A stretch of 64,000 nucleotides of DNA, taken from Bdellovibrio sp. Its GTDB lineage: Bacteria > Bdellovibrionota > Bdellovibrionia > Bdellovibrionales > Bdellovibrionaceae. The position numbers and the translations under genes were made by a program. Every line of letters begins with the position of its first letter. The stretch's first letter is position 1. Where the stretch lies: positions 1,792,001-1,856,000 of the forward strand of contig JAKFCY010000002.1 of the NCBI GenBank assembly GCA_036676395.1. The letters are read 5' to 3'. Under the pieces are notes generated by a model that saw nothing but the letters and a program-made list of their open reading frames with translations, ran no database searches and was not told where the DNA came from. Positions 19,301-27,009 of the stretch are shown here, piece by piece.

Positions 19301-21489
19301 TGCATTGCTGCAACCGTAGAGTTAGTCGCTGTTTTTCCTGAATTGCCGATTCGCCCTGCTGTTCCGTCTGTTTTAGCAATTGAAGAATCAACTACGGGTA
19401 CTTTTGGTCGTGCAGTTTGTACAGTATCAAAAAAAGCCATATTTGCATTTTCATTTGCAGTTAAGTCTTTATTAGGAACGACGACTGTATCGGTATTTGG
19501 CTTATCCGTAGTAGGTACTGGCTTATCAGCAACCACGGCAGGTGTAACCTCTGAATCCGCAGAAGTTGCCGGTGATTTATCGGCAGCCACAACTGGTTTA
19601 TCAGCATTAGGTTTCGTTGTATCAGGTTTTTCAGCATTAGTTTTTTCAGGAGGAGTTTTCGCGGCCGTATCGGTTGTAGTTGGCTTTTTAGTATTAGGGT
19701 TAGTTTTTGCCGTTGTAGTTGCAGGTTTATCTGCCGGTTTATCTTTTGGTTTTTCTTCTGGTTTTGTAGCCGCTTGCTGAGCTTTCTGCGCTGGTGTTGG
19801 CGTCGCAGGAGTTTGAACTGTTGGCGCTGCATTTGATGAAACTGTTGGAGGAGTTGGTGCACTCGGTGTTGCTTTCAAACCACGAGCTAACAACGGTGCT
19901 GCGGCACCAACAAATGGCAATACATCAACTCCAGCTAATAAGGCGTCAACCTTACATGAAGTATCAAGTTCACGGGCAATCGTTACTTGTGATTTTGCGT
20001 TATCACAGACCATATTTTTTTGTTTATCTTTTACAGATAAATTATCTAAAATAGCTGTGTTTTTATTTGTACATGATTTATAGGCCTGTTTCATACTGCC
20101 TTGAGCAAAGTAACCATCAACAGCTAGGGTTCCGGCAAAAGCCCCACGGCGTGTAGCGATTGCGGTTTTACTTAAACCACCGATAACTTTAGCACCTACA
20201 GCTATAGATCCTAATCCAGCTGTCAAAACAGTTAACCCAGCATCTAGTGCGGCATTATCAACAATATTTTTTGTACCGGCACGATCTTCACCGCGATCTA
20301 ACAAACAACTTTCGGCATCAAAATAAGTTTTAAATTCCATGTTGCTGCGACGGTCTGCTAATTGCGGCACTGCCGGCGAATCAAGTTTTGCTAATTCAGT
20401 TCTAACTTTGGCAAAATCACATTTTTCGCCTTTATCATCAGTGTCATAAATTAAACATCTTAAATTTTGTAAATTGTCTTTATAAGCTCCAGATAAAGCT
20501 GTGCGATTAGCTTTTAACTGTTCACGCAGGCCTTCTTTAATTTTTTCGCGACTTAAATATTTTCTTTCTGATGATCTTGGTCTTACTTTTTGACGTGCGA
20601 TTTTATCAAAGATTTCACCACGCACCCAAGGAACTTCATCTCGAAGAATTTCGATGGCTTTAGTGATGTTTTCACATTTTATAGCGGCTGTTTTTTGCGA
20701 AGTGTAAGTAAACCCGCCGCGCATAGGGCAGTCTTTTGTTGAACCCGCGCATTTAACCATTGAACCTGATCTACATTTTAGTTCGGCATCTTGAAGTGCA
20801 CTGATCTTACCCAGATTATCCATCGTCTTTTGCACTTGTTCTTCAAAACGATCTGCGGCTTGCCCTTTACACTGCCCGCCAGCATTACGTAAATTTTCAC
20901 AGTTGGTTTTTAAATCCGGAAGTAACGGATTACACTCGATGCCATTAAGCACAGGCGTACCTTCAGTCACAGAATCAATAAATGCAATTTCATCAATCGC
21001 TGATTTATTAAATTTTTCAATGCGCGTTGCTGCTGCATAGAAACGCGTTTGCGCAACTTTTGCTTGTTCTGGAGATAAATCAGCAGAAGTGTTACATCCG
21101 TTTAACGTGCGCGCCATGCTTGGAGAAATTGTTGAAGAAAATTGTTTGCTTAATTCTGCGCTTAACGCCTGTGGAGTTTGAAAATTAGTTTGAACGCCAT
21201 TGCCGCTCATGTAGTTTTGATAAGCTGTTACATATCCGTTACAAGTTTTTGCTTCAGAATCAAATTTAAAAACTATTAATGTCGATTTATCTTGGTAATC
21301 ATCTAACACTGATTCTTTAAGCGCTATCGGACATTTTCCTTTTTTTAATTGCACATCAGATTCAGCTGAAGACGTTTTTTTGTTTGAACTTGACGAAGTT
21401 TTTCCGCCGCCAGAAGTTTCAGGCCCGGCAAAAGAAAATTGAGAATTAAAAATCAGTGAAAATATGACTAAAAAATGTATAGCGCGCAT
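10333..21489 (-). CDS. Giant (3718 aa) exported multidomain repeat protein, candidate multi-effector toxin
   Basis: Uninterrupted 11.2-kb ORF. Signal peptide, Cys-rich N-terminus, Gly/Ala hydrophobic segments, P/T/K linker, internal repeats, HEVSH, HD-like and kinase-like C-terminal modules. The ORF is secure; the function is inferred. Confidence 0.85.
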   Translation of the reverse strand: MRAIHFLVIFSLIFNSQFSFAGPETSGGGKTSSSSNKKTSSAESDVQLKKGKCPIALKESVLDDYQDKSTLIVFKFDSEAKTCNGYVTAYQNYMSGNGVQTNFQTPQALSAELSKQFSSTISPSMARTLNGCNTSADLSPEQAKVAQTRFYAAATRIEKFNKSAIDEIAFIDSVTEGTPVLNGIECNPLLPDLKTNCENLRNAGGQCKGQAADRFEEQVQKTMDNLGKISALQDAELKCRSGSMVKCAGSTKDCPMRGGFTYTSQKTAAIKCENITKAIEILRDEVPWVRGEIFDKIARQKVRPRSSERKYLSREKIKEGLREQLKANRTALSGAYKDNLQNLRCLIYDTDDKGEKCDFAKVRTELAKLDSPAVPQLADRRSNMEFKTYFDAESCLLDRGEDRAGTKNIVDNAALDAGLTVLTAGLGSIAVGAKVIGGLSKTAIATRRGAFAGTLAVDGYFAQGSMKQAYKSCTNKNTAILDNLSVKDKQKNMVCDNAKSQVTIARELDTSCKVDALLAGVDVLPFVGAAAPLLARGLKATPSAPTPPTVSSNAAPTVQTPATPTPAQKAQQAATKPEEKPKDKPADKPATTTAKTNPNTKKPTTTDTAAKTPPEKTNAEKPDTTKPNADKPVVAADKSPATSADSEVTPAVVADKPVPTTDKPNTDTVVVPNKDLTANENANMAFFDTVQTARPKVPVVDSSIAKTDGTAGRIGNSGKTATNSTVAAMHSVAGKDAAVRISDETGEVIQGTVTKLHQTPQGAMAEVAYQHRDGSMRSRRIQAQELYQTNPEIKSQLDNQFYEFLSGKFKADQAVAQNKLVIPQPAKTMNSAAGTGDYLQKSAALDMRSGSTNNSAMAVAAAPSRPVAAAQAVVTQPVMQRTQPVVAQVDMQNFGNAAPVNNIQKGSGRSPASESFTQNVPSTAAEDELVRALTSNNNTGAVAPVTSFAKVKPEPVSIFKSNSGAGSGSTPQINVKADNRPTTYVDKSDNVRFIEGEQIKVSNFEGGKDAEFKIVKKLENGLLRVSDSNGKEFDLLRDEVKSAERLAPSLTKADSAEVVEKVKLKEEFIRPGDAVNVKNFEGGSDLNASVVRKNTDGTVRIKDEAGKEFDLVKAEVKDAEFSRGLTAEVKQNLEIADDVARVRVAEGYLQRPLTAAQQQAVLKSHKIADDKGIFALSKTELRQKAKALRDAGLSEDEASLLLRKGVTGSPGLDNVRIVAEQAAIPKFEIVKGKQLEVPMGNTGRTNPGAVMSGPDARGYYEVEFYQKGAGIGRTRKTAAELTAANVKLPGKIDNPIINVPVVGKDVSYPGKVISGPNGKGQYEVEIYPPGKTATVVRMNEVELKKANTPQAVRQAKIREARRASFADRSSAELEQILDDSLRQADSRGGRDAYNVDYGVSGKPDKALKSKKIDIEGQRALEELAKRQNKEVNELYEEVKLARKAKPQVQVRAKSTDASQADVFNSAQAGGARNELDYLAEQDGLKTLNLNPKQRQNAALELGIADENKIAAMDYPAVASRKETRELFKKLFPNGNDFDDTLLRQTMSFNPRGGYINAREFANAEKFVAAVRNADVNAANLSLAERRLLNKFTDRAPLYARQTNADVALLPRQSLEVDSAVIRKTASADSAPISVRAIDPAEVAGDARNQLDYLAEQDRLKSSRLNPRQRESVARELGIYNENKAAALDYASVGSKKESTALFDKLFPGKKDFDTEMLRQSMSYNPRGGYIGNAEFSNAEKFVKAVQKADIDGSTLSLSERRLLNKYTDRAPLYARQVNPTIETINRQSLEAVVPPRIISNKVSAFAARGDEVVAQVKIKPEMARAGDQVTVKNFEALAGGGGADLDAKFIRRNKDGTIRVKDSQGKEINLGAQATSESQFYRGLTAELKVNGDLDDPSRVKAAADYVKRPLTDAQKNAVLASHNVGGEGRGYFDYTAKELKEKTAILRKAGFSNSEATLLLRKGITGNNSSEISQLIKVTPSEVRIGDQVVIHEFNGTGELRGAIAGDAHNGGLILREANGAETIIYKNDLDDLTNAQITRNPNARFIANAEELSLERAPIVAAVAKKAVPVDVSNARVGDKVLISEFNGTGELEGVIAGPAKNGGYLLREVNGKETIIYKTDLEDTTNAKITREWGSKPPVIKREVAPSIDTTPDSPLLVSKDKKQNPDIVVPLGNGELRQGRVLSQLEAKPGLAKTYVVEYLDEAGISNQIHLTQDQLLATNTPEALKKVKADRERSATYQSKSNSELQQILDEGHRAAKDAVGKGRSVDKPDLNAETHSALSELARRSGVTSNAVFEAYRRGGIKGLENLALAQNIIRSPASVTNLPVTPIIVKPLAQLKTGDYVVTAGIGDKVKEGIVVGRDKIKGEIIYTVGVVNKDGSTSFKKMTDRELGDSNSAYVGVKVESSRSKDPLALRSQIDEDFKNARNEGQLADLRRKARLKVEGKTKVIYDDASNPLLANSAGVTTPEGAVYINIDYDTDARFSTLLHEVSHTKTDRARGDLAVQSISKELSAQGYGKGFSFDEIKAATVNFAVDKQTVIAQSKAGKPGIPNRAVKRDISNMQTSVDRRQAFINDSRDALDQVDESLGSIVAKDVGRSGDKNFTVWQITLNNVEGKNGPVHLSFSTPVNMSRSEAMGQLREFSREEKIKLLNAQSRLDYDKAYLTELRTKVGVPKPAPPLNGESVFQVVEAKGVARNPATDRVKAQALSSSNTSTNSLVEELDSVIGIRGRSMGLRSTAELTSGHPLTPVIEKQRQIVNRLSRADREFQPENFARISSNVANDFLKSGDVDLALPYYRLTAETIENNLGSTAKSFWASEVNTKAAIKAGFISDNTELAHMATQKSVLAKTKSNAAEDVKKVALDQYHNLGYEYDRILYGVKRYGNKNKELELLVIRKQQQHIVQKYGLKNDIEAVIGKEGFQKIDDQADLTVDDLIQNPKQIIDPEKFKKTQRIPASTSAPSAMAAPSAALPVELKAVHSGISKSTPELEAQVDRYVEALRGADLSPKEVKSILHQEDLIAATRNPVVAKVLDKARVDYQGLKFGMLDSDVGKLAKFQENLLLKNTKESEELFDTLRGTVKTPAAQELKTVLKDLGFPHPNLLNPNLTNQEVREIIAEVPVLRGYLHELPGMQLAIRDLNAGHITQNQFRERILANLGHNGPNEGYWSFLSNNIVPTSLGNAKHPKAKLLFADSVFATDQVINGVVVPRYPAPQSPAGIVHSTFDRLSQGTRGGIDKIFYELGGAPLAANPKTAIREIGVPPNKGLQLPHEMLIGNPEKTMSQLEALQQHAATSPQFSKTQQTELSHFVGGAIVRLQKQNDFIQQNVIIAKDSNGLIKKMTLRYQDKKIVLTNDSPAEDVAGAMEKMLRHEESLHGDPFKEFKLAPPRTATLAAADAAKLDQRHSQASLDYLLVNIAKRSDNEKAEAPEVVEFLKRYKNDPAFAGWLKNKDVTNSVHYDVKGNATKLLLEYKNLERTPAAIKDPVIVNLADQKLLEPSRLNAWQVERQINFKRSQYDNVLSGLKKGDVVQATSAQSGKVESFELGDYIGAGNTSNLYAMKDPNKVVRLPFLTTGVSGQKSGKDFFQTYVQTRDKYVGIPGLDVVKVFDHGKNFEYIVNERVPIKMTLNEVEDRLFSLKATKTPTDSQKKELTELQAVWDKFTKIAPEIAKRSNDQTRVTSLQSAKAIDRDTALVQEARQVALTPDGRLVLLDWE
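15088..15541 (-). repeat. Two tandem ~58-aa SH3/KOW-like repeats in the giant ORF
   Basis: RIGDQVVIHEFNGTGELRGAIAG…ETIIYKNDLDDLTNAQITR versus RVGDKVLISEFNGTGELEGVIAG…ETIIYKTDLEDTTNAKITR. Confidence 0.85.
15590..18081 (-). repeat. Two dispersed ~72-aa helical repeats (about 15590-15807 and 17867-18081) in the giant ORF
   Basis: RPLTAAQQQAVLKSH…ELRQKAKALRDAGLSEDEASLLLRKGVTG versus RPLTDAQKNAVLASH…ELKEKTAILRKAGFSNSEATLLLRKGITG; each is preceded by a 'GD.V.VKNFE' beta module. Confidence 0.85.
16163..17079 (-). repeat. Two tandem ~130-aa repeats (period about 525 nt) in the giant ORF
   Basis: ARN(E/Q)LDYLAEQD…MS(F/Y)NPRGGYI…NAEKFV.AV…LSL.ERRLLNK(F/Y)TDRAPLYARQ occurs twice. Confidence 0.9.
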
Positions 21490-21496
21490 AGGCTAT

Positions 21497-21523
21497 TTAT
21501 CGGCAAAATCCCTGAATTTATTA
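21497..21523 (-). promoter_or_regulatory. Putative sigma28 (FliA) promoter of the giant ORF
   Basis: TAAT-N15-GCCGATAA (perfect -10), 7 nt before the ATG, no SD. Confidence 0.65.
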
Positions 21524-21562
21524 AGGATTTGCGAGCTATAGAACAGTCTAGATTATTTGGAT

Positions 21563-22759
21563 TTAGCTAGCGATTTTTTCTTTAACGATTTGCATAGGCA
21601 GTTTCATGAACAAATCCATCGGCAGAGCCTTAGAATATAACCAACCCTGAGCAAAGTAAGCGCCTAATTGCAATAAAGCTTCGCGCTCTTCAAGCGTTTC
21701 AACACCTTCAGCAATAATATCCATACCTAAAGCTTGCGCCATAAAGACCATAGACTTTACAACAGCTAAAACTTTTGGATCAGCGTTTATTTTTGAGACA
21801 AATGACTTGTCGACTTTTAGATAACTGACTGGCATTTGTGATAAATACTGTAAACTTGAGTACCCAGTACCGAAATCATCGATTGAAATGTGAAAACCTT
21901 TGTTTTTACATTGATCTAAAATCTCGATGGCAACGACTCCGTTCATCATCACACGTTCAGTAACTTCTAATTTAATATTTTTTGGAGCGACTTTGTGCTT
22001 CCATGTCAGTTTTTCCAGATCCACTAAAAAATCCGGATGCGTAAACTGGCGACCGCTCACATTGATACTCATAATAAAGTCATCACCAAACGCCGTTTTG
22101 ATCTTTTGAAAGTCTTGAAAACAACGTTCAAAAATCCAATGACCGACAGAAACCATAAGTGATGAATTTTCTAAGAAATCGATAAATTTATCCGGCTGAA
22201 TATATCCAATAACTGGATCTTTCCAACGGATCAAAGCTTCAGCTCCGACCACTGCACTCGTCTGCATATTGACGATGGGCTGATAAAACATTTCAAACTC
22301 TTGGTTGTTCAAAGCTTCTTGCAGACGATTTTCAAATTTCAGGTTTTCAAAACCATCCATAATCGTATCATCTGGGCTGACGATATCTTCATTGCCCTGA
22401 GCAACATGAGTCAGTGATGAATTGTTTTTACGTACGCGATTCATCATCACTTTTAATAATAATTGAACTAACTGGTCAGACCCTTGAAAACGCTCGATCA
22501 ATTGATCTTTAGTCACAACATTTAAAACTGTATCTTCAACAGCTTTAACAGAAGCCGAACGTGGTAAAGAATCAATTAATGACATCTCTCCAAAAATTTC
22601 GCCTTTTTTAATTTGTGTAAGTGGAACTACTTTTGAATCGATTTCCAGGTAGACAAGGACTTTACCGCTTTCTACAACGTACGCACAATCACCAGCTTCA
22701 CCCTGTTTAAATAAAACAGTGTCTTTCGCAATTGTAATTTGTTTTTTTAACGTACTCAT
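21563..22759 (-). CDS. cNMP-binding/EAL c-di-GMP phosphodiesterase (Bd1971-like architecture)
   Basis: cNMP domain (GEIFGEMSLIDSLPRSASV) followed by EAL (YQPIV, EALIRW, EVTE, DDFGTGYSSL, AEGVET, QGW). Confidence 0.92.
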   Translation of the reverse strand: MSTLKKQITIAKDTVLFKQGEAGDCAYVVESGKVLVYLEIDSKVVPLTQIKKGEIFGEMSLIDSLPRSASVKAVEDTVLNVVTKDQLIERFQGSDQLVQLLLKVMMNRVRKNNSSLTHVAQGNEDIVSPDDTIMDGFENLKFENRLQEALNNQEFEMFYQPIVNMQTSAVVGAEALIRWKDPVIGYIQPDKFIDFLENSSLMVSVGHWIFERCFQDFQKIKTAFGDDFIMSINVSGRQFTHPDFLVDLEKLTWKHKVAPKNIKLEVTERVMMNGVVAIEILDQCKNKGFHISIDDFGTGYSSLQYLSQMPVSYLKVDKSFVSKINADPKVLAVVKSMVFMAQALGMDIIAEGVETLEEREALLQLGAYFAQGWLYSKALPMDLFMKLPMQIVKEKIAS

Positions 22760-22779
22760 TAAGCTTCCTCGCAAACAAC

Positions 22780-22807
22780 CTATCGACAGTGGTGACTGTG
22801 TTATTTA
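22780..22807 (-). promoter_or_regulatory. Putative sigma28 promoter
   Basis: TAAA-N16-GTCGATAG upstream of a GAGGA RBS. Confidence 0.4.
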
Positions 22808-22868
22808 CTGGACTCCGGTCTAGTTCTTGATGCGGCTTAGGGCTAAAACTCTACCAATTCGAGAATGT

Positions 22869-23723
22869 CTAAATATTATTAACCTTGTTTTTATTTAATC
22901 CCAGACTTTTACACATCAAATAATCGTAAATTCTCAATGGAATCAACTTTGGTAAATACCAATTTTGAAATTTTCGCGGCACCGGAGCGTATCTAAACTT
23001 TGGATTCGAATTTGTCAGCGCGTGATCGATATCTTTAACTACATCTTCTACATGCAAGGCATGATTGATTTCGCTACTAACAAACGCGATAAATTTTTGG
23101 AATGATTTTTTATATTCTGTAGAATCAAAAGCGTTGGCTACTGCATTAATTCCTTTATTCCAAATCGGTGTACTCACCGACCCAGGAGCAACGATTGAAA
23201 CCTTCATGCCATACAAATTTAATTCACGACGAAGTGTTTCTGAAAAACCTTCGATCGCATGTTTACTGGCACAGTACCCCCCTAAAAATGGGGTCCCGTT
23301 TTTGCCTGAGACAGAAGAAATATTAACAATTCGGCCCTGCTTAGCTTTTTTTAAAAAAGGCAGAATCACTTGAGTCATCTTAATCACCGCAACTACATTA
23401 ACTTGCAGCATGCTCTGAATTTCTGAAAACTTTTGATACTCGATTGGCCCAGCCAAAGCCACTCCGGCATTGTTAACTAAGGCATCAATGTGAGTGATAT
23501 TATTTTTTATCAAGAGGTCTGCAATTTGATCTACTTTTGCGAAATCGGTGACATCTAATTGCAGGCCCAAAAAATTCTGTGGATGCGTTTTTTGAAAATA
23601 TTCACCGTCTTTTTTGTTTCGGTAAGTCCCGATAACTTTACCCCCCTGTTTTAGGTAAAAATCAGCAGTTGAAAAACCTATTCCACTGCTGACTCCGGTA
23701 ATAAAGACGATTTTTTGATTCAT
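22869..23723 (-). CDS. Short-chain dehydrogenase/reductase
   Basis: TGVSSGIG, NNAG and YCASK motifs. Confidence 0.92.
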   Translation of the reverse strand: MNQKIVFITGVSSGIGFSTADFYLKQGGKVIGTYRNKKDGEYFQKTHPQNFLGLQLDVTDFAKVDQIADLLIKNNITHIDALVNNAGVALAGPIEYQKFSEIQSMLQVNVVAVIKMTQVILPFLKKAKQGRIVNISSVSGKNGTPFLGGYCASKHAIEGFSETLRRELNLYGMKVSIVAPGSVSTPIWNKGINAVANAFDSTEYKKSFQKFIAFVSSEINHALHVEDVVKDIDHALTNSNPKFRYAPVPRKFQNWYLPKLIPLRIYDYLMCKSLGLNKNKVNNI

Positions 23724-23734
23724 ACTTATTAAAA

Positions 23735-24598
23735 TTACTCTAAGAAAACTCTTCGAGGAGCTCTTGAATCACAACGACCTGAAAAATTATGCGCAACGAC
23801 GCGTTTTTTAGGTGAATTTTCTAAAAATCTGCGAAGGCCTGGCGTGTTTACATCGACCATGTTTTTAATTGCCGTAGTGTCTGGGTTATGTGAAAAACCT
23901 AATTCAAATAATAAAGACCAGATGCCATGCTTCCAATAAGCATAGTCCTCAAAAGTTCCGTCAGCGGCGTATAACACTTCTGTATTATTACCAGTTTGAT
24001 AGCGACTTTCTATAGTTGCATCAGCCACTAACTTTTTATAAGTGTCATCATACGGCGTTGATAAGTCAGTTGTTGAAATTCCCCAAGGGTAAACCACGGC
24101 TGGCCAGTAAGTATGAAGAGTTGCAGATATTTGAATATTTTTTTCTTCAACAAAGGCAGCTAAAGCACTTGTCGATTTTAAACGAAAAGCCTTATCTGTC
24201 TTACAAGGGCTGGTGTAATCGCGATTGGCATCGACAGAAGTTTGTAAATTTTGTTCATAACGGCTTCCGCGGTTATAGCCAGTTACGTTCAATACCGGCA
24301 CGATGTAAACAGTTTGTCCCTGAATCGGATTAGCCGCGATACTTGCTGCAAAACCTAAAGCTACGGCAGTTGAACCGTACTCATTACCATGATGAGTGGC
24401 CACAACTAAAGACGCTGTTTCACCGCTTCCAACTTTTAAAGCTTTAATCGGAGTTCCCTGATCATTCGTTCCGATCGTAACAACCACAGCTTGTGCCGGG
24501 TTAGTTGCAGCGATTTCATTTAATTTATTGACGGCATTATCATAGTTGTTCGCTGCAGGCGCTTGTAATAAGAATAGCGCCAGGATTGATTCTAACAT
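23735..24598 (-). CDS. Exported M14 zinc carboxypeptidase
   Basis: HGNE (HxxE), DANRDY, LHTY and FELG motifs; short signal-like N-terminus. Confidence 0.85.
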   Translation of the reverse strand: MLESILALFLLQAPAANNYDNAVNKLNEIAATNPAQAVVVTIGTNDQGTPIKALKVGSGETASLVVATHHGNEYGSTAVALGFAASIAANPIQGQTVYIVPVLNVTGYNRGSRYEQNLQTSVDANRDYTSPCKTDKAFRLKSTSALAAFVEEKNIQISATLHTYWPAVVYPWGISTTDLSTPYDDTYKKLVADATIESRYQTGNNTEVLYAADGTFEDYAYWKHGIWSLLFELGFSHNPDTTAIKNMVDVNTPGLRRFLENSPKKRVVAHNFSGRCDSRAPRRVFLE

Positions 24599-24613
24599 TG
24601 GGATCTCCGTTTC

Positions 24614-25606
24614 CTAATTGTTAAACGTAACTTTGGTCTTGTTTATAATCGTCTTTGGATTTCCGTTGTTTGTTAAGTAATTTTTAACAAGAAGTGATTG
24701 AATTTTTAAAATTTCAGCTTTCGGATAGTAATGCGTCAAAATATCCATGTAAGTTCGGCCCTTTTTAGCCATATATAAACTTCCCCACTGACACAACCCC
24801 ACACCATGGCCAAAACCACGGCCACTAAAGGTGACAAGTGCATCGCTGACTTCAACAGCTTCAGGATTCGAACGAATTTTAGAATACCCGAACACCTGAC
24901 GCAGCTTTTGGATGCCCCAGTCTTCGAAACGAACTATTTTGTTTTTAAAATATGCCGCTTCAAATACATCTTTGTTTTGAAATTCACCGACAGGCACTGA
25001 AAAGCTCCACTGGTTGCTGGCTTTCGTTTGGCACCACGGATCTTGAGTCGTTCCTAAATCGACCGCGCCTTTCCAAACTTTATCTGCGGGCAAGGTTTGT
25101 CCACCACAGTCTGAATGATAAAAAGTTTTAACGATCTTTTTATTCATCGACAGCACGATATCCTCAGTTGCCGCAACGACAAGATAGGCTTTGTCTGAAG
25201 TAGTCCATTGAAACACTTGATCCATTTGATCAGCATCGACATGAAATAATTTGTCGCGACGTTCATTCATGCGCGAAAATAAATACGAACGCGCCACTAC
25301 GGCTTGGGCTTTTAAAGCCTCAACGGGCCAAGCCAAGGGCATCTCTTTAGAAACTACTCCGGCTAAATAGTGCGTCAGCGGCACAACTTCGATCAGATCA
25401 TATTTATTATTTTCTTTATGAACCACTTCATAACGACGTGCTTGTGAACCAAAGCGCGCGCTTAAGTTTTTCGGATATTGAATCAAGTCTTTTTCGACAC
25501 GCACCCGAACATGCGAGAATTCTGATTGCGTCGCTTCAACCCCCAGTGGGGTAAATAACGAAGCCATTGCTAATGTAACAATAAAATAAGAGCGAACCCA
25601 AACCAT
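24614..25606 (-). CDS. SpoIID/LytB domain lytic transglycosylase
   Basis: YLAGVVSKEMP…EALKAQAVVARSY, YHSDCGG, GFGHGVGLCQWG, ILTHYYP. Confidence 0.92.
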   Translation of the reverse strand: MVWVRSYFIVTLAMASLFTPLGVEATQSEFSHVRVRVEKDLIQYPKNLSARFGSQARRYEVVHKENNKYDLIEVVPLTHYLAGVVSKEMPLAWPVEALKAQAVVARSYLFSRMNERRDKLFHVDADQMDQVFQWTTSDKAYLVVAATEDIVLSMNKKIVKTFYHSDCGGQTLPADKVWKGAVDLGTTQDPWCQTKASNQWSFSVPVGEFQNKDVFEAAYFKNKIVRFEDWGIQKLRQVFGYSKIRSNPEAVEVSDALVTFSGRGFGHGVGLCQWGSLYMAKKGRTYMDILTHYYPKAEILKIQSLLVKNYLTNNGNPKTIINKTKVTFNN

Positions 25607-25679
25607 GACTTATTTGACCGAGACTCTGTCTAAACGACTAGGAAATTTTATCCCTTAGGCCGCAGAGTTGGCCCTGTGT

Positions 25680-26066
25680 CTAGTTTAGTGATTTATACTT
25701 TTGCATGATCGTCTGTAAGAAAGTCCAGACTGTGCTTTTAAGATTTTTATTTGCGTGCAAAATTTGCGGAGAATAAGTCTGGTTTTCTGAAGTATCTGGA
25801 CTAAGTACTAAGTCAAAGTCGATTAACGACTGCCCTACGGTTTTAAGAGACAGATCATGCACCACCATATCACCATCAGGTATTTTCATTGCGGCTAACA
25901 TATTATTTAAAAGTGTATGGTCTTCTGTGGTGAATTGATTGTAGTTTTCAACCCACACAGAGATTTTATGAGCTCCTGTAGACGCGGCTTCAAAAGATAA
26001 GCTTTCATCCTTCAAAATCTGGCTTACGCCCAATACATTTTTTAAATATTTGATATATTCTTGCAT
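25680..26066 (-). CDS. Small protein resembling a degenerate uracil-DNA glycosylase family/HolD-like fold
   Basis: LLNNMLAAMKI and TYSPQILHANKNLKSTVW resemble family-4 UDG segments; the catalytic and Fe-S motifs are absent. Confidence 0.45.
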   Translation of the reverse strand: MQEYIKYLKNVLGVSQILKDESLSFEAASTGAHKISVWVENYNQFTTEDHTLLNNMLAAMKIPDGDMVVHDLSLKTVGQSLIDFDLVLSPDTSENQTYSPQILHANKNLKSTVWTFLQTIMQKYKSLN

Positions 26067-26269
26067 GTTGAGCCTTCAGGTATAAATCGCAATTGTCATT
26101 TTTTCAAAGACTCTTTTTGGCACTCAAATCAAATATACCAGCCAAAAGCGCCACAATAGCCTAAAGCGTCGACTCTTTTTACAGCTCCTTTTTACAGAGT
26201 CAAAAATCATAACATCTATTTAAATTAACACACCCAAGCTAAATTCTTTCAAAACAAGGAGTTCCCCCC

Positions 26270-27001
26270 ATGAAACTACACTCTCTATTAATAACATCAG
26301 CTTTAGTTATCTCAGTAATAACTTCGGCGACATCAGTGAACGCTATGTCTGCAGCAGAGTACGATACGCAAACTGAAATGTTCATGCCCGGTTATTTAGA
26401 AGAATTCGCTAATGCCGTTAATATGGATCAATTAAAACATAACGTCAGCTACCCGTTATCGACTACTGAGGTTGATGATAAATGCATAGCTCTGATGGAT
26501 GGCAAAATGATCGCCGGTGACGTGGGCAAAACTCTTTCGCAAATCTTTTTAGATAATCAACAAGGTTTAAGCAGTTTAGTTTCTGGTGGTTCTGTTAGGG
26601 CTAAATACTGCCCTCGTTACGGAAAAATGACAGCTAAAGAAAAATCTATCGTTTGGGTTTTTATCCTAACAGCGATGGCTCACTTTGAAAGCAACTGTAC
26701 ACGCACAGCTGCAGCAAAAGGACCAAATGGCACAGCTTATGGTTACTTCCAATTACACCGCGGTCATGAAGACAACTATGGTGGCGGTAACTTTTGTAAA
26801 AAAGGCGATGCCGCAAAACCAGTTGCAGCCAGCAAATGTACTTTAGGTATGTTAGAAAAACAGTTCGTAAATCGCCAAGGAGAATTATTCAGCAATAAAT
26901 CTTACTGGGATGTTTTACGCCCAACTGGCAGCTCTAAAAAATGGTCTGTAATTCGCAGAGCTTTAATGCGCTCTAGCCTTTGCAATCCGCAAACGATCTG
27001 A
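26270..27001 (+). CDS. Exported lysozyme-like/SLT transglycosylase
   Basis: Signal peptide; MAHFESNC (catalytic E-S) and AYGYFQL (G-x-x-Q) motifs; AGGAG RBS. Confidence 0.75.
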   Translation: MKLHSLLITSALVISVITSATSVNAMSAAEYDTQTEMFMPGYLEEFANAVNMDQLKHNVSYPLSTTEVDDKCIALMDGKMIAGDVGKTLSQIFLDNQQGLSSLVSGGSVRAKYCPRYGKMTAKEKSIVWVFILTAMAHFESNCTRTAAAKGPNGTAYGYFQLHRGHEDNYGGGNFCKKGDAAKPVAASKCTLGMLEKQFVNRQGELFSNKSYWDVLRPTGSSKKWSVIRRALMRSSLCNPQTI

Positions 27002-27009
27002 TTTTAAAT

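Noticed and set aside
11637..20054. Short ORFs nested in the giant gene (possible immunity genes)
   Set aside because: They are antisense or out-of-frame shadows with no RBS or family motifs.
26171..26201. CTTTTTACAG direct repeat and short hairpin upstream of the SLT gene
   Set aside because: Too short and AT-rich to distinguish from chance.
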